Positions 54,941 to 64,000 of a DNA stretch of 64,000 nucleotides are shown one piece after another. Where the stretch lies: contig JBNOKO010000001.1 in NCBI GenBank assembly GCA_050311575.1, positions 8,408 through 72,407 on the forward strand, read 5' to 3'. The position numbers and the translations under genes were made by a program. Position 1 is the first letter of the stretch; each line of letters starts with the position of its first letter. The DNA is from Candidatus Krakonobacterium acarorum. Its GTDB lineage: Bacteria; Bacteroidota; Bacteroidia; SolTP2. The notes under the pieces are model-generated. The model saw only the letters and a program-made list of their open reading frames with translations. It was not told where the DNA came from and did no database searches.

Positions 54941-57004
54941 ATGACAAATAAAAATAAAGATAAAGCAATCAGTATATTCGCAAAAATGCTGTTAATTAAA
55001 AACATAGCTAAGCTTTTTAACTACAAGTTTCTCAAACTAAAATTTTCTAACACTAAAACGTCTACAATTAACGAAACAAAATCCGGCAAGAAATATAAAA
55101 ACAAACAAAATTTTAATAAAAAAGTTGGAAATAGCCATATAACAGGAACTTTGTATTTAAATAATTACACTAAATCATATGTTGCTAATGATCAACATAA
55201 AATATATATATCTAAAAGAAATACTTCTACCGCTCTGCATAGGGATCTTGTAGAGGTATACTGTCAAAATCCAGAAGTTGGTAAAGCTAACCGTATAACT
55301 AAAATATTAAAAAGGAGTAAAATATATTATGTCGGAATTTTACGTAAAGATAAAGACGATTATTACTTACATCCTGACGATAATAAAGTTTTAAAACCCA
55401 TAATTATCCCTAAGGAAAGAATAAAAAACACCGCGGTAGGGACCAAAGTAGTCGTAAAAATAACAATGTGGAAATCAGATAAACTAGTAGGCGAGATAAA
55501 GAATATTTTAGGAGTTCCCGGGGATAGCGATGTAGAAAATAAAGCTATAATAGCTGAATTAGGCTTTAGTGAAAAATTTCCTAAAAATGTTCAAGATTTA
55601 GCAAATAGTCTCGATGAAACGATATCAAAAGCAGAAATTAAAGATAGGTACGATTTTAGAGACACAACAACTTTTACTATAGATCCCATAGATGCAAAAG
55701 ATTTTGACGACGCTATCTCTATAAAGACTCTGGATACAGGTAATTACCAAATAGGGGTTCATATAGCTGATGTTAGCCAATTTGTTAAAGAAGACGATTT
55801 GTTAGATATAGAAGCACAAAAAAGGGCAACTTCAGTATATTTAGTTGATGGAGTTATACCGATGCTGCCAGAAAGACTCTCAAATAACTTATGCTCTCTT
55901 AAACCTAATGTGGACAGACTAACATTTTCTGTGGTGTTTGAAATAACTAAAGATTATAAAATAAAAAATTATTCTATACATAAGGCTATTATACATTCAA
56001 ATAAAAGATTTACTTATGAAGAGGTTCAAGAAATCTTAGATAAGAAAAAAGGATTATTTTATAATGAGTTAAATATTTTAAATAATATAGCCAAAGCATT
56101 GCGAAAAAATCGTATTAGAAATGGCAGTATTAATTTTCATTCCCAAGAAGTAAAATTTGTTCTAGACAAGGATAAGAACCCTATAGATATTATAATAAAA
56201 ATTCAAAAAGATGCACATAAGTTAATAGAAGAGTTCATGCTTTTAGCTAATAAAACAGTTGCTGAAGCGGTAGGGAAGAATTTTTTTAAAAAGCCTAAGA
56301 CTTTTGTGTATAGAGCCCATGAAGCTCCTGGTAAAGAAGACCTTAAAAAATTTGGTTCTTTTATTTCTACATTTGGTTATAAGATAAGTATGGCCAATAA
56401 CAATTCTACGAGGCATTCTTTTAATAAATTAATGGAAGATATTAAAAATAAAGACGAGGAGTATTTAATATCTCAATTAGCTATTAGAGCTATGAATAAA
56501 GCATATTATAGCACAAAAGTGAAATATCACTATGGGTTAGCTTTAGACTATTATACGCATTTTACCTCTCCTATAAGACGTTATCCTGATATTATGAGCC
56601 ATCGACTGCTTAACTATTATTTAAACAGACAGGATCCTAAGGATATTAATAAATACGAAGCAATGTGCGAGCATTCATCTATAATGGAAAAAAAAGCTGT
56701 TGATGCTGAGAGGAGCTCGATTAAGTTAAAACAAATTGCTTTTTTAGAAAATAAGGTTGGAAATAAATTTAGTGCTATAATTTCTGGAGTAACAGAATGG
56801 GGAATTTATGTAGAGCTAATTGATAATGGTTGCGAGGGTATGATAGGCGTAAAAAGCTTTAAAAATAATAAACTCAGGTTAAACGATAATAAAAATGCAC
56901 TTGTTGATAGTGATGGAAAAATGTTTCGTATTGGTGATAAATTAAGCGTACAGCTTATAAGAGTAGATTCTACTAAAAGACATATCGACTTTAAATTATG
57001 TTAG
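54941..57004 (+). CDS. rnr: Ribonuclease R
   Basis: RNB catalytic motif DPIDAKDFDDAISI, C-terminal S1 domain; 687 aa. Confidence 0.85.
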   Translation: MTNKNKDKAISIFAKMLLIKNIAKLFNYKFLKLKFSNTKTSTINETKSGKKYKNKQNFNKKVGNSHITGTLYLNNYTKSYVANDQHKIYISKRNTSTALHRDLVEVYCQNPEVGKANRITKILKRSKIYYVGILRKDKDDYYLHPDDNKVLKPIIIPKERIKNTAVGTKVVVKITMWKSDKLVGEIKNILGVPGDSDVENKAIIAELGFSEKFPKNVQDLANSLDETISKAEIKDRYDFRDTTTFTIDPIDAKDFDDAISIKTLDTGNYQIGVHIADVSQFVKEDDLLDIEAQKRATSVYLVDGVIPMLPERLSNNLCSLKPNVDRLTFSVVFEITKDYKIKNYSIHKAIIHSNKRFTYEEVQEILDKKKGLFYNELNILNNIAKALRKNRIRNGSINFHSQEVKFVLDKDKNPIDIIIKIQKDAHKLIEEFMLLANKTVAEAVGKNFFKKPKTFVYRAHEAPGKEDLKKFGSFISTFGYKISMANNNSTRHSFNKLMEDIKNKDEEYLISQLAIRAMNKAYYSTKVKYHYGLALDYYTHFTSPIRRYPDIMSHRLLNYYLNRQDPKDINKYEAMCEHSSIMEKKAVDAERSSIKLKQIAFLENKVGNKFSAIISGVTEWGIYVELIDNGCEGMIGVKSFKNNKLRLNDNKNALVDSDGKMFRIGDKLSVQLIRVDSTKRHIDFKLC

Positions 57005-57803
57005 ATTGTAAATAATTAATAGCGTATGATAGTTTGTCTTTATAGCTATTATTAAATGTTTTACCTTGAGTACCATAAAAATCTATAGGCAATAAATCTT
57101 TATTTTGAGATAAAATACCATACATACCTAACAAATTACACGCGTTTAACGCAGTTGAATAATTCCCATCTATTACAATGGTGCGGTCGTTATCAATTAT
57201 TTTGTTAAATCTGTCTTTAAAATAACTAAAATGTGTGCATCCAAGGACTATTGTTGAAAATTCTTTTAGGTTAATATTATTAAAAAGGCTTACTATATAT
57301 TTATCAACATCTGTAGATCCAAAATCAAAGTTTTCAGCAAATTGTACCAGTTTATCCGCCGGTTTTTTTACAATAAGGTTTTTATCTAGACAAACAGAAT
57401 CTATAAGGTTATTGAGTTTGTCGCTTTGCAATGTCAAAGTTGTAGCTAACAATAATACTTTGCCTGGGTGTTTATTATCAAATGGGATTTTAATAGCAGG
57501 TTCTATACCTACAATTATAAATTTGTATTTGTTACGTAAATGCTCTATTGCTATAGCTGTTGCTGTATTACACGCAATTACAAGCATTTTTATATTCTTT
57601 GAATACAAAAATGCTACTGCGTCCTGTATATAATTGACAACTATATTAGGTGGTTTAACTCCATAAGGAGTATTATGAGTATCTGCAAAATATATATATT
57701 TTTCAAATGGCAGGAGGTGCATCATTTCTTTTAAAACGGTTAATCCTCCTATACCTGAATCAAAAAATGCTATGGGGTTATTTCTACTTTGTTCTTGACT
57801 CAT
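56991..57803 (-). CDS. murI: Glutamate racemase
   Basis: FFDSGIGGLTVLKE and …VIACNTATA…/…VLGCTHF catalytic Cys motifs; overlaps the rnr 3' end by 14 bp. Confidence 0.9.
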   Translation of the reverse strand: MSQEQSRNNPIAFFDSGIGGLTVLKEMMHLLPFEKYIYFADTHNTPYGVKPPNIVVNYIQDAVAFLYSKNIKMLVIACNTATAIAIEHLRNKYKFIIVGIEPAIKIPFDNKHPGKVLLLATTLTLQSDKLNNLIDSVCLDKNLIVKKPADKLVQFAENFDFGSTDVDKYIVSLFNNINLKEFSTIVLGCTHFSYFKDRFNKIIDNDRTIVIDGNYSTALNACNLLGMYGILSQNKDLLPIDFYGTQGKTFNNSYKDKLSYAINYLQSNII

Positions 57804-57882
57804 ACTAATTTAGCCTAATAGTAATGATTTAATAAAAATTAATATAACATTATAAATATTAATATCAAGCTAAAAAATATAT

Positions 57883-58602
57883 TTATGCCTCGTCTTTTTT
57901 ATTTACAAACATATAACCTTTCCCTCTAAGAGTTATAATAAGGTTTGGATTGTTTGCATCGTTTTCGACTTTTTTACGCAACCTAACAATATGCATATCT
58001 ATTGTTCTAGTATTTATATTATTGTTATTATCCCAAACTGTTTTATTAAGAGCTTCCCTATTAATTATTTTATTAGGGTGGCTAACAAAATAATACAAGA
58101 TTCTATTTTCTATAACCGTTATTTCAATTCTATTGCCTTTTTTGAATAGTGTATGTGTCCTAGGGTGGTACTCGATGTCGTCAATTCTGTATATTTCTTC
58201 TGACTGTGATACGTTAGATAGAAATTCCAGTTTATTATATATCATTGATATAAGTACAGCCGGGTGCACTGGTTTAACGTAATATTCAGTTATGCCTGCC
58301 TTGTAAGCTTTTACTTTATCAAAACTGTCTTTTTTGACAGTTAATAAAAATATAACATTTCTAAATCCGTCGTTTCTAAGTTGCTCGCATAATTCTACCC
58401 CTTCTCCATCTGGCAAACCCCAATCTAGTAATACTATATGTGGTCTTTCCCTCATAATTAGTTCTCTGCCCTCTTTAATTGAATATGCAGATAAAACTTT
58501 AAATCCTTCTGATTTTAAACAAAATTTTAAGGTATCATTTAACTGTACATCGTCTTCTATTAAAGCGATTTTAATTGTTTCTACTGTTTCTGGCTTTTTC
58601 AT
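57883..58602 (-). CDS. OmpR/PhoB-family response regulator (receiver + winged-helix); orphan
   Basis: Receiver KIALIEDD…VLLDWGLPD (phospho-Asp), LLTVK, VKPV; C-terminal trans_reg_C …LRGKGYMF. Confidence 0.85.
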   Translation of the reverse strand: MKKPETVETIKIALIEDDVQLNDTLKFCLKSEGFKVLSAYSIKEGRELIMRERPHIVLLDWGLPDGEGVELCEQLRNDGFRNVIFLLTVKKDSFDKVKAYKAGITEYYVKPVHPAVLISMIYNKLEFLSNVSQSEEIYRIDDIEYHPRTHTLFKKGNRIEITVIENRILYYFVSHPNKIINREALNKTVWDNNNNINTRTIDMHIVRLRKKVENDANNPNLIITLRGKGYMFVNKKDEA

Positions 58603-59716
58603 ATAAATAAAATATTTTTTTACACTCCAAACTATACCAATAAAATGGGTAGTTAGAATCTATTAACAATAACTTTTATTAATTTACAGGGCATTTCATT
58701 ACTTAATTAGCTATAAGAGTAATTTTTATATACAAGTATATAAAAGATATTTGACCTATTATTAGTACATTAGTTGTATGCTTTATATATCATTAGTAGC
58801 TATATAAATAATTTTTAAATAGCGTTTAATAACGAATATGAGGCATATTTATATGCACTTAGAGTACACTATCAAACATCTGTAAATGGTTGTAACTAAT
58901 AGCTCGATTATCGCCTACAGCCTATATTAGCTAATTATATGCCAATTAAATTATTTTTTTTACCTTTTCCCCTTAAAATATATAAGTTTATACTATTGAT
59001 ATGCAGTTATTACAAGAAAAAACCTCAATACGATAAATCTATTATATTTGAATAAGCATTAAAAATCCGCTAAATACTATTAACTAATACGAAATAAATA
59101 TCGCTAAAAATAAGCACTATGAATATGAAGTGTTCATTATTTATATTTTTATACTAGTACCTACACAAAACAAACCTTTTTTTATATATTTTTAGCTGTA
59201 TGCTGATAACGATTCTCTTTTAATTGATAACCTATACGAAGCGAATATTAAATAACCTCAATTATTAATTAAAATGATACTGCTATTAAGTTAAATAACA
59301 TAGAGGGGGCATCATTGGTTGTTTCCTTTATGAAAACACAAACTGATACCTTAAAATAATAATTGTAAAATAGCCTTTTGATTGAGCATTGCAGATCCAG
59401 ATTTAATATACAGCCTGCTTATTAAATAAATGCAGGGTTTACCTTGTAAATAATTTTTTGAATAAGCATAAGTACACTTTAGAAAGTGTGCAAAAACACC
59501 TAAATAGTAACTGTAATTTTATTTTAACATTTAAATACAGGCTAATTTGCATTGAAATCTTCCCTAATAGTAGCTTATTACCCATTAATTATAAATAAGG
59601 CACGATAGTTTATGTCATAGATAGTAATTAAATACTATTTGATTATATTTGAGCGATCAATTTAAAATTCTTATTTTATTTTCAACCAATATTACTAATG
59701 TAATTATCAAATAATA

Positions 59717-60550
59717 ATGAAAAACTCCGGTATAAACAGTACTATTACAAGTTCATCAAAGTTTAATTCTACCTTTGCATCATTAGCTATTGTAATATGT
59801 ATAGTAGTTGCCATACTATTATATACTTTTGTATTAGGCCATCCATCTAATTTTGAAGGCAACAATCCTGCTAATAATCCTGTTAGCGGTGGCTTTAAAC
59901 ACTTTATGGGTTTAATATATAAAGGTGGTTATATAGTCCCTATATTGATAGGAATGGTTCTTATTAATCTTACTGTTGCTATAGAAAGATATTTGACTAT
60001 ATCAGGAGCAGTAGGAAAAGGATCGCTACAAAGCTTTGTGCTTAAAATAAGGTCGTACCTACATAATAATAATATAGAAGGAGCAATCAATGAATGCGAT
60101 AATCAACAAGGTGCATTAGCAAACGTAACAAGATCTGGATTAATATCATACCAAGAAGTAACATCTAATCCTAAATCTTCTAAAGAACAAAAAGAAATTG
60201 TTCTAAAAAAAGAAATTGAAGAAGCTACAAACCTGGAGCTTCCTATGCTGGAGAAAAATTTAGTTATAACAGCAACCCTTGCTTCCGGTTCAACTTTAGT
60301 CGCTCTACTAGGTACGGTTTTAGGTATGATAAAAGCTTTTGCTGCTCTAGGAGCTGCAGGAGGTGGGGACCAAATGGCTCTATCAATAGGTATATCAGAA
60401 GCTCTTATAAATACCGCTTTAGGTATAGGTAACGCTGCCCTGGCAACTTTCTTATATGCATATTTTACTTCTAAAATAGATACTATTACTTATGCTATTG
60501 ATGAAACTTCATATAGTATAGAACAAACTTTCGCTAAAAACAATAGCTAA
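59717..60550 (+). CDS. exbB: MotA/TolQ/ExbB proton-channel protein
   Basis: 3 TM helices, conserved C-terminal TM pair; first gene of an exbB-exbD-exbD-tonB cluster. Confidence 0.85.
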   Translation: MKNSGINSTITSSSKFNSTFASLAIVICIVVAILLYTFVLGHPSNFEGNNPANNPVSGGFKHFMGLIYKGGYIVPILIGMVLINLTVAIERYLTISGAVGKGSLQSFVLKIRSYLHNNNIEGAINECDNQQGALANVTRSGLISYQEVTSNPKSSKEQKEIVLKKEIEEATNLELPMLEKNLVITATLASGSTLVALLGTVLGMIKAFAALGAAGGGDQMALSIGISEALINTALGIGNAALATFLYAYFTSKIDTITYAIDETSYSIEQTFAKNNS

Positions 60551-60552
60551 TA

Positions 60553-61167
60553 ATGGCTAGAATAAAAATACATAGAAAAAGCGTATGGATAGACATGACC
60601 TCGATGGTCGATGTATGCTTTCTATTATTAACATTTTTTATGTTAGCAACGAAGTTTAAAGCTGACGATGCTGTAGATATATCAACTCCGGCTAGTATAT
60701 CTGAACTTGAAATACCTGAGAATACATCTATAAACATACTTATAGACAAAAATAGCCGGGTATTTTTTGGCGTAACAGGGAATCAATTTAGAGGCGATTT
60801 ACTATCTCGAATTGCAACGCAGAAAAATATAAATTTTTCTAATTATGAAAAATCTATATTTAGGGTTATAGAAAATTTTGGAGTGCCTCTTAACCAGCTA
60901 AAAGAATACCTGGATCTTCCTCCATCACAAAGAAAAGCAATGGATAAAGTTGCTACCGGGATACCTGTAACTAGTGACAATGATGCTACAAACGAGCTAT
61001 ATACATGGATATTATCAGCACGCAGGGTTACCGGCAATGCTCCTATAATTATTAAAGGAGACAAAAATGCCAATATAGAAGTAATAAATAAAGTTATTAA
61101 AACCTTGCAATCTCAGAAAGCTAATAGATTCAGTATAATTACAGATCTTAAAAAAGAAAATAACTAA
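60553..61167 (+). CDS. exbD: Biopolymer transport protein ExbD/TolR
   Basis: N-terminal TM with …MTSMVDVCFLLLTFFML… ExbD pattern. Confidence 0.85.
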   Translation: MARIKIHRKSVWIDMTSMVDVCFLLLTFFMLATKFKADDAVDISTPASISELEIPENTSINILIDKNSRVFFGVTGNQFRGDLLSRIATQKNINFSNYEKSIFRVIENFGVPLNQLKEYLDLPPSQRKAMDKVATGIPVTSDNDATNELYTWILSARRVTGNAPIIIKGDKNANIEVINKVIKTLQSQKANRFSIITDLKKENN

Positions 61168-61176
61168 AATAATTAT

Positions 61177-61794
61177 ATGGCTAATATAGAAACCGGTGGT
61201 GGCGCAAAAAAAGATGGTAAAGTTAGATCAAAAAAATTATCAACACGAGTAGACTTTACTCCTTTAGTAGATCTAGCTATGTTACTTATAACTTTTTTTA
61301 TGCTTACAACCACAATGGCTAAACCTAAGGTTATGGAATTGACTGTTCCTGCCAACGATAAAAAGCTAAAAGAAGAAGAAAAAACTGTAATAAAAGAATC
61401 GTCTGTTATAACGCTTTTACTAATACAAGACAATCGTATACTATATTATTTTGGAAGAAAGCTTGCAGATATAAAAGAAACCAACTATTCAAAGGATGGT
61501 ATCAGGAAAATTTTATTAGACGAAAGTAGAAAAAGAAACCCTGCACTAGATTCAATAAAAATCTATAAACAACAATTGCAAGACAACCAAATATCGCAAT
61601 CAAGCTATAACGAACTAGTTAAAAAACTTAAATCAGATGACAACAATCTTATTGTAGTAATTAAAACAAGTGATAAGGCTAAATACGACAACTTAGTAAA
61701 TATTTTAGATGAAATGTTAATAACAAACATTGGCAAATATGCAATTGTTGACATTAGCAAGCCGGAAATAAATTTAATTAACACTAAGTACTAA
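61177..61794 (+). CDS. exbD: Biopolymer transport protein ExbD/TolR (second paralogue)
   Basis: …FTPLVDLAMLLITFFML… ExbD pattern; tandem paralogue as in Bacteroidota. Confidence 0.8.
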   Translation: MANIETGGGAKKDGKVRSKKLSTRVDFTPLVDLAMLLITFFMLTTTMAKPKVMELTVPANDKKLKEEEKTVIKESSVITLLLIQDNRILYYFGRKLADIKETNYSKDGIRKILLDESRKRNPALDSIKIYKQQLQDNQISQSSYNELVKKLKSDDNNLIVVIKTSDKAKYDNLVNILDEMLITNIGKYAIVDISKPEINLINTKY

Positions 61795-61800
61795 ATAACC

Positions 61801-62613
61801 ATGCTAAATAATATAAATTTAGAGGATAGAAAATGGATAGAGCTTATATTTCTGAATAAAAATAAAGCCTACGGTGCCTATAAACTACGCAAAAATTATA
61901 GCAAAAATATGAGCTTAGCGCTAATATTAGCAGTCCTTATATTTACCCTACCTATATTAATTCCATTTCTAGCACAATTTATAAAACATAAACCTGCTAT
62001 TAATAATGAACCTGTACATACTTTAGAAATCAGCGATTTAACATTGCCACCACCTATAGACCCTACTTTACCGCCACCGCCGCAGGTAGCGGATCCATTA
62101 CCGCCTCCGGTTCGTTCAGCGGTTAAGTTTACACCTCCGGTTATAAAAAAAGATTCTGAAGTGCCTAAAAAATTCGATCCCCCTCCGGTAATAGACGATA
62201 TAAAACAAGATGTGGGTATAAAAAATGTTAGTGGCAAAGATAATGCTCCTGCCAAAGACCCGGATTTAGATAATGACCAATCATTAACAGGCGATAACCA
62301 GATATTCTTACATGTTGAAGAAGCTCCTCAGTTTCCAGGTGGTTTACCAGCCTTTTATAAATATATAGGTGAAAATATTAAGTATCCACCATTAGCTAGA
62401 GAATCTGGCATTCAAGGCAGAGTATTTATACAATTCGTAGTGGAGAAAGATGGATCAATCACTGATGTAAAAGTTTTAAAAGGAATTGGTTATGGATGCG
62501 ACGAAGAAGCCTTAAGAGTAGTAAAAAATAGCCCTAATTGGTCACCAGGAAAACAAAATGGAAAAACAGTAAGGGTACAATACAACTTACCTATAGTTTT
62601 CCAGCTAAGGTAA
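61801..62613 (+). CDS. tonB: Energy transducer TonB
   Basis: N-terminal TM anchor, Pro-rich spacer (PPPIDPTLPPPPQVADPLPPP), C-terminal TonB domain (…GRVFIQFVVEKDGSITDVKVLKGIG…). Confidence 0.8.
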   Translation: MLNNINLEDRKWIELIFLNKNKAYGAYKLRKNYSKNMSLALILAVLIFTLPILIPFLAQFIKHKPAINNEPVHTLEISDLTLPPPIDPTLPPPPQVADPLPPPVRSAVKFTPPVIKKDSEVPKKFDPPPVIDDIKQDVGIKNVSGKDNAPAKDPDLDNDQSLTGDNQIFLHVEEAPQFPGGLPAFYKYIGENIKYPPLARESGIQGRVFIQFVVEKDGSITDVKVLKGIGYGCDEEALRVVKNSPNWSPGKQNGKTVRVQYNLPIVFQLR

Positions 62614-62634
62614 GCTATTATTTAGGAACTATAA

Positions 62635-62826
62635 ATGGCAAACAAAATACTTCTATTAAAGACAATAAAAATATTAATAGCCTCAGCATATATAGCTTTG
62701 GGATTAACAGTTGCTTTTATACTTGATAATCTATCAATAGAAAGCAAACAAAAATATATACTAGGAATAATCATTATCATATACGGAATATTTAGATTAA
62801 TAAGAACGATTTTACCTAGTAAATAA
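62635..62826 (+). CDS. Small hypothetical membrane protein (2 TM)
   Basis: 63 aa ORF between tonB and the PstS-like gene; hydrophobic; no family recognised. Confidence 0.3.
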   Translation: MANKILLLKTIKILIASAYIALGLTVAFILDNLSIESKQKYILGIIIIIYGIFRLIRTILPSK

Positions 62827-62836
62827 AGAGAAATAG

Positions 62837-63718
62837 ATGTTCAGAACAGCTAAAATTTTTCTAAAACTATCTATATATACAATTATATTATTGTGCATAA
62901 TAGAATGTCAAAACTCAACTAAAACAAAAGATAATAACAATTATCAATTGCACATAGGAATAGACTCGTCGCTAAAGTCTATAACAAATGAAATAATAAA
63001 TTTATTTAATTATTACAATCCAAAATTAATATTAAAAATAGATTACAACAAGGCAGCAATAATTAATAATAATTTTAACGATAATTATTATGATATAATA
63101 ATTATTCCCAAACAGAAAAAATATAATTGGAGGAACCTAAGCAAACTTAATATATATCCTAAAGAAGAAATGTTGCTTAAAGATGCTTTAGTGTTTATCA
63201 CTTCTTCTGGAAACCAACTAAGCAACATTAACATAAAAAATTTAAATCAGGAAGCACTAAAGTTTAACAAATTAATATTTGACGCCAATATTAACCAGGA
63301 GTATTATAAATATTTAGTAGAACTTAACCCAGGCATAAAAAATAATATTAAAATCTATTCAGATACACTAAATGCAGCAAATTTGCTTATCTATTTAAAC
63401 TCAAATGATTTAATAGTAACTAATATTGCTAAAATAATAAACAATAAAAAAATTGAAAATAATTTTAAAATCTTAGACATAAACAGCAAGGAAAATTTTG
63501 AAGCTTATATTCATCCATCTAAAGAAAATTTAATAAATAATAAATATCCTTTAGGCATAGAAGTAGTTGCTATATATAAAGATACCAGCCCATACCTGGC
63601 TAGATCATTTATAGACTTTTCTTTAGGCCAAATAAGTCAGTTGGTTATTTACAAATATGGATTATTACCAAGGAAAATATATAGACGTGTAATAGAAATT
63701 AACAACAATGCTATTTAA
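62837..63718 (+). CDS. PstS-like periplasmic substrate-binding (PBP-like) protein
   Basis: Signal peptide; …DALVFITSSGNQLSNINIKNLN… resembles the PstS-family block DALVVVVNKDNPV..LT..QL; also matches my recollection of the Bacteroidota layout tonB - PstS-like - TPR. Confidence 0.45.
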   Translation: MFRTAKIFLKLSIYTIILLCIIECQNSTKTKDNNNYQLHIGIDSSLKSITNEIINLFNYYNPKLILKIDYNKAAIINNNFNDNYYDIIIIPKQKKYNWRNLSKLNIYPKEEMLLKDALVFITSSGNQLSNINIKNLNQEALKFNKLIFDANINQEYYKYLVELNPGIKNNIKIYSDTLNAANLLIYLNSNDLIVTNIAKIINNKKIENNFKILDINSKENFEAYIHPSKENLINNKYPLGIEVVAIYKDTSPYLARSFIDFSLGQISQLVIYKYGLLPRKIYRRVIEINNNAI

Positions 63719-63864
63719 TTTAGTTTTATAGAACTAATTATATCAGTGGGAATATATTTTATAAGCTAACCTTTTGCTAAAAATAAGTTTTTGTTTTAAC
63801 CACTACAAACTTATACATTTGTTTTCTATACCAATAAACAGTATTATATCAAATATATACAAAC

Positions 63865-64000
63865 ATGAATATCAAACTTTATATAAAAAGCTCATTATTA
63901 GTAGCCTTCCTGATTATTTTAAGTGTAAATATAAATGCTCAAAGTTTAGATCAGTCTTTAAACAATGCAACAAAACTTATCGAATTAGAAAAATTTGAGT
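63865..64000 (+). CDS. 5' end of a secreted protein gene running off the window (signal peptide; possibly the TPR protein that often follows the PstS-like gene)
   Basis: ATG at 63865 opens a stop-free frame to the window end: MNIKLYIKSSLLVAFLIILSVNINAQSLDQSLNNATKLIELEKFE…; not in the ORF track because it is open-ended. Confidence 0.4.
   Translation, partial: MNIKLYIKSSLLVAFLIILSVNINAQSLDQSLNNATKLIELEKFE

Noticed and set aside
58603-59716. Possibility that the long ORF-free region is an rRNA or other large structured RNA gene, or oriC
   Set aside because: No conserved 16S/23S/5S, RNase P, SRP or tmRNA sequence blocks; no DnaA boxes (TTATCCACA / TGTGGATAA) seen; composition is uniformly AT-rich like other spacers.
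63774-63998. TTG-initiated 74-aa ORF from the track
   Set aside because: Cys/Lys-rich nonsense translation; the +1 frame from ATG 63865 gives a clean signal peptide and is the more plausible gene start.

Overview
This 64 kb window looks like chromosomal DNA from a very AT-rich member of the Bacteroidota (roughly 30% GC by eye; the proteins are rich in Ile, Lys and Asn). The lineage call rests on several Bacteroidota hallmarks: a Bacteroidetes-type three-gene sdhCAB, a DUF5683 gene after parB, a PorP/SprF gene, exbB-exbD-exbD-tonB, and bshA. The content is almost entirely core housekeeping.

An ~18 kb run of minus-strand genes holds the deeply conserved block tRNA-Thr(TGT)/Tyr/Gly/Thr(GGT) - tuf - tRNA-Trp - secE - nusG - rplK-rplA-rplJ-rplL - rpoB - rpoC, followed directly by dcd. 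The rest of that co-directional run is sdhC-sdhA-sdhB and a small HisKA-like protein. Elsewhere the window carries:
- a carB that lacks the C-terminal allosteric domain and has no adjacent carA
- tilS, purK-purE, and rpsP-rimM-[inserted gene]-trmD convergent with recO
- an EnvC-like M23 protein, a DUF4292-like lipoprotein, an FKBP-like lipoprotein and dut
- fumC, and parA-parB-DUF5683-dapB-lepB
- clpB, a DciA/DUF721-like gene, rluB and bshA
- a GHL10-like lipoprotein, an 897 aa TPR lipoprotein and PBP1a
- rnr, murI, an orphan OmpR-family response regulator, and exbB-exbD-exbD-tonB followed by a PstS-like protein

The only accessory-looking genes are an orphan PorP/SprF (T9SS) gene followed by an XRE-HTH/S24-like protein just upstream of recO, and the HisKA-like orphan. 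I found no rRNA, CRISPR array, transposase or integrase. No obvious novel multi-gene system is present; the findings below are modest (domain loss in CarB, unusual palindromes in intergenic regions, a 1.1 kb ORF-free region, orphan signalling genes).
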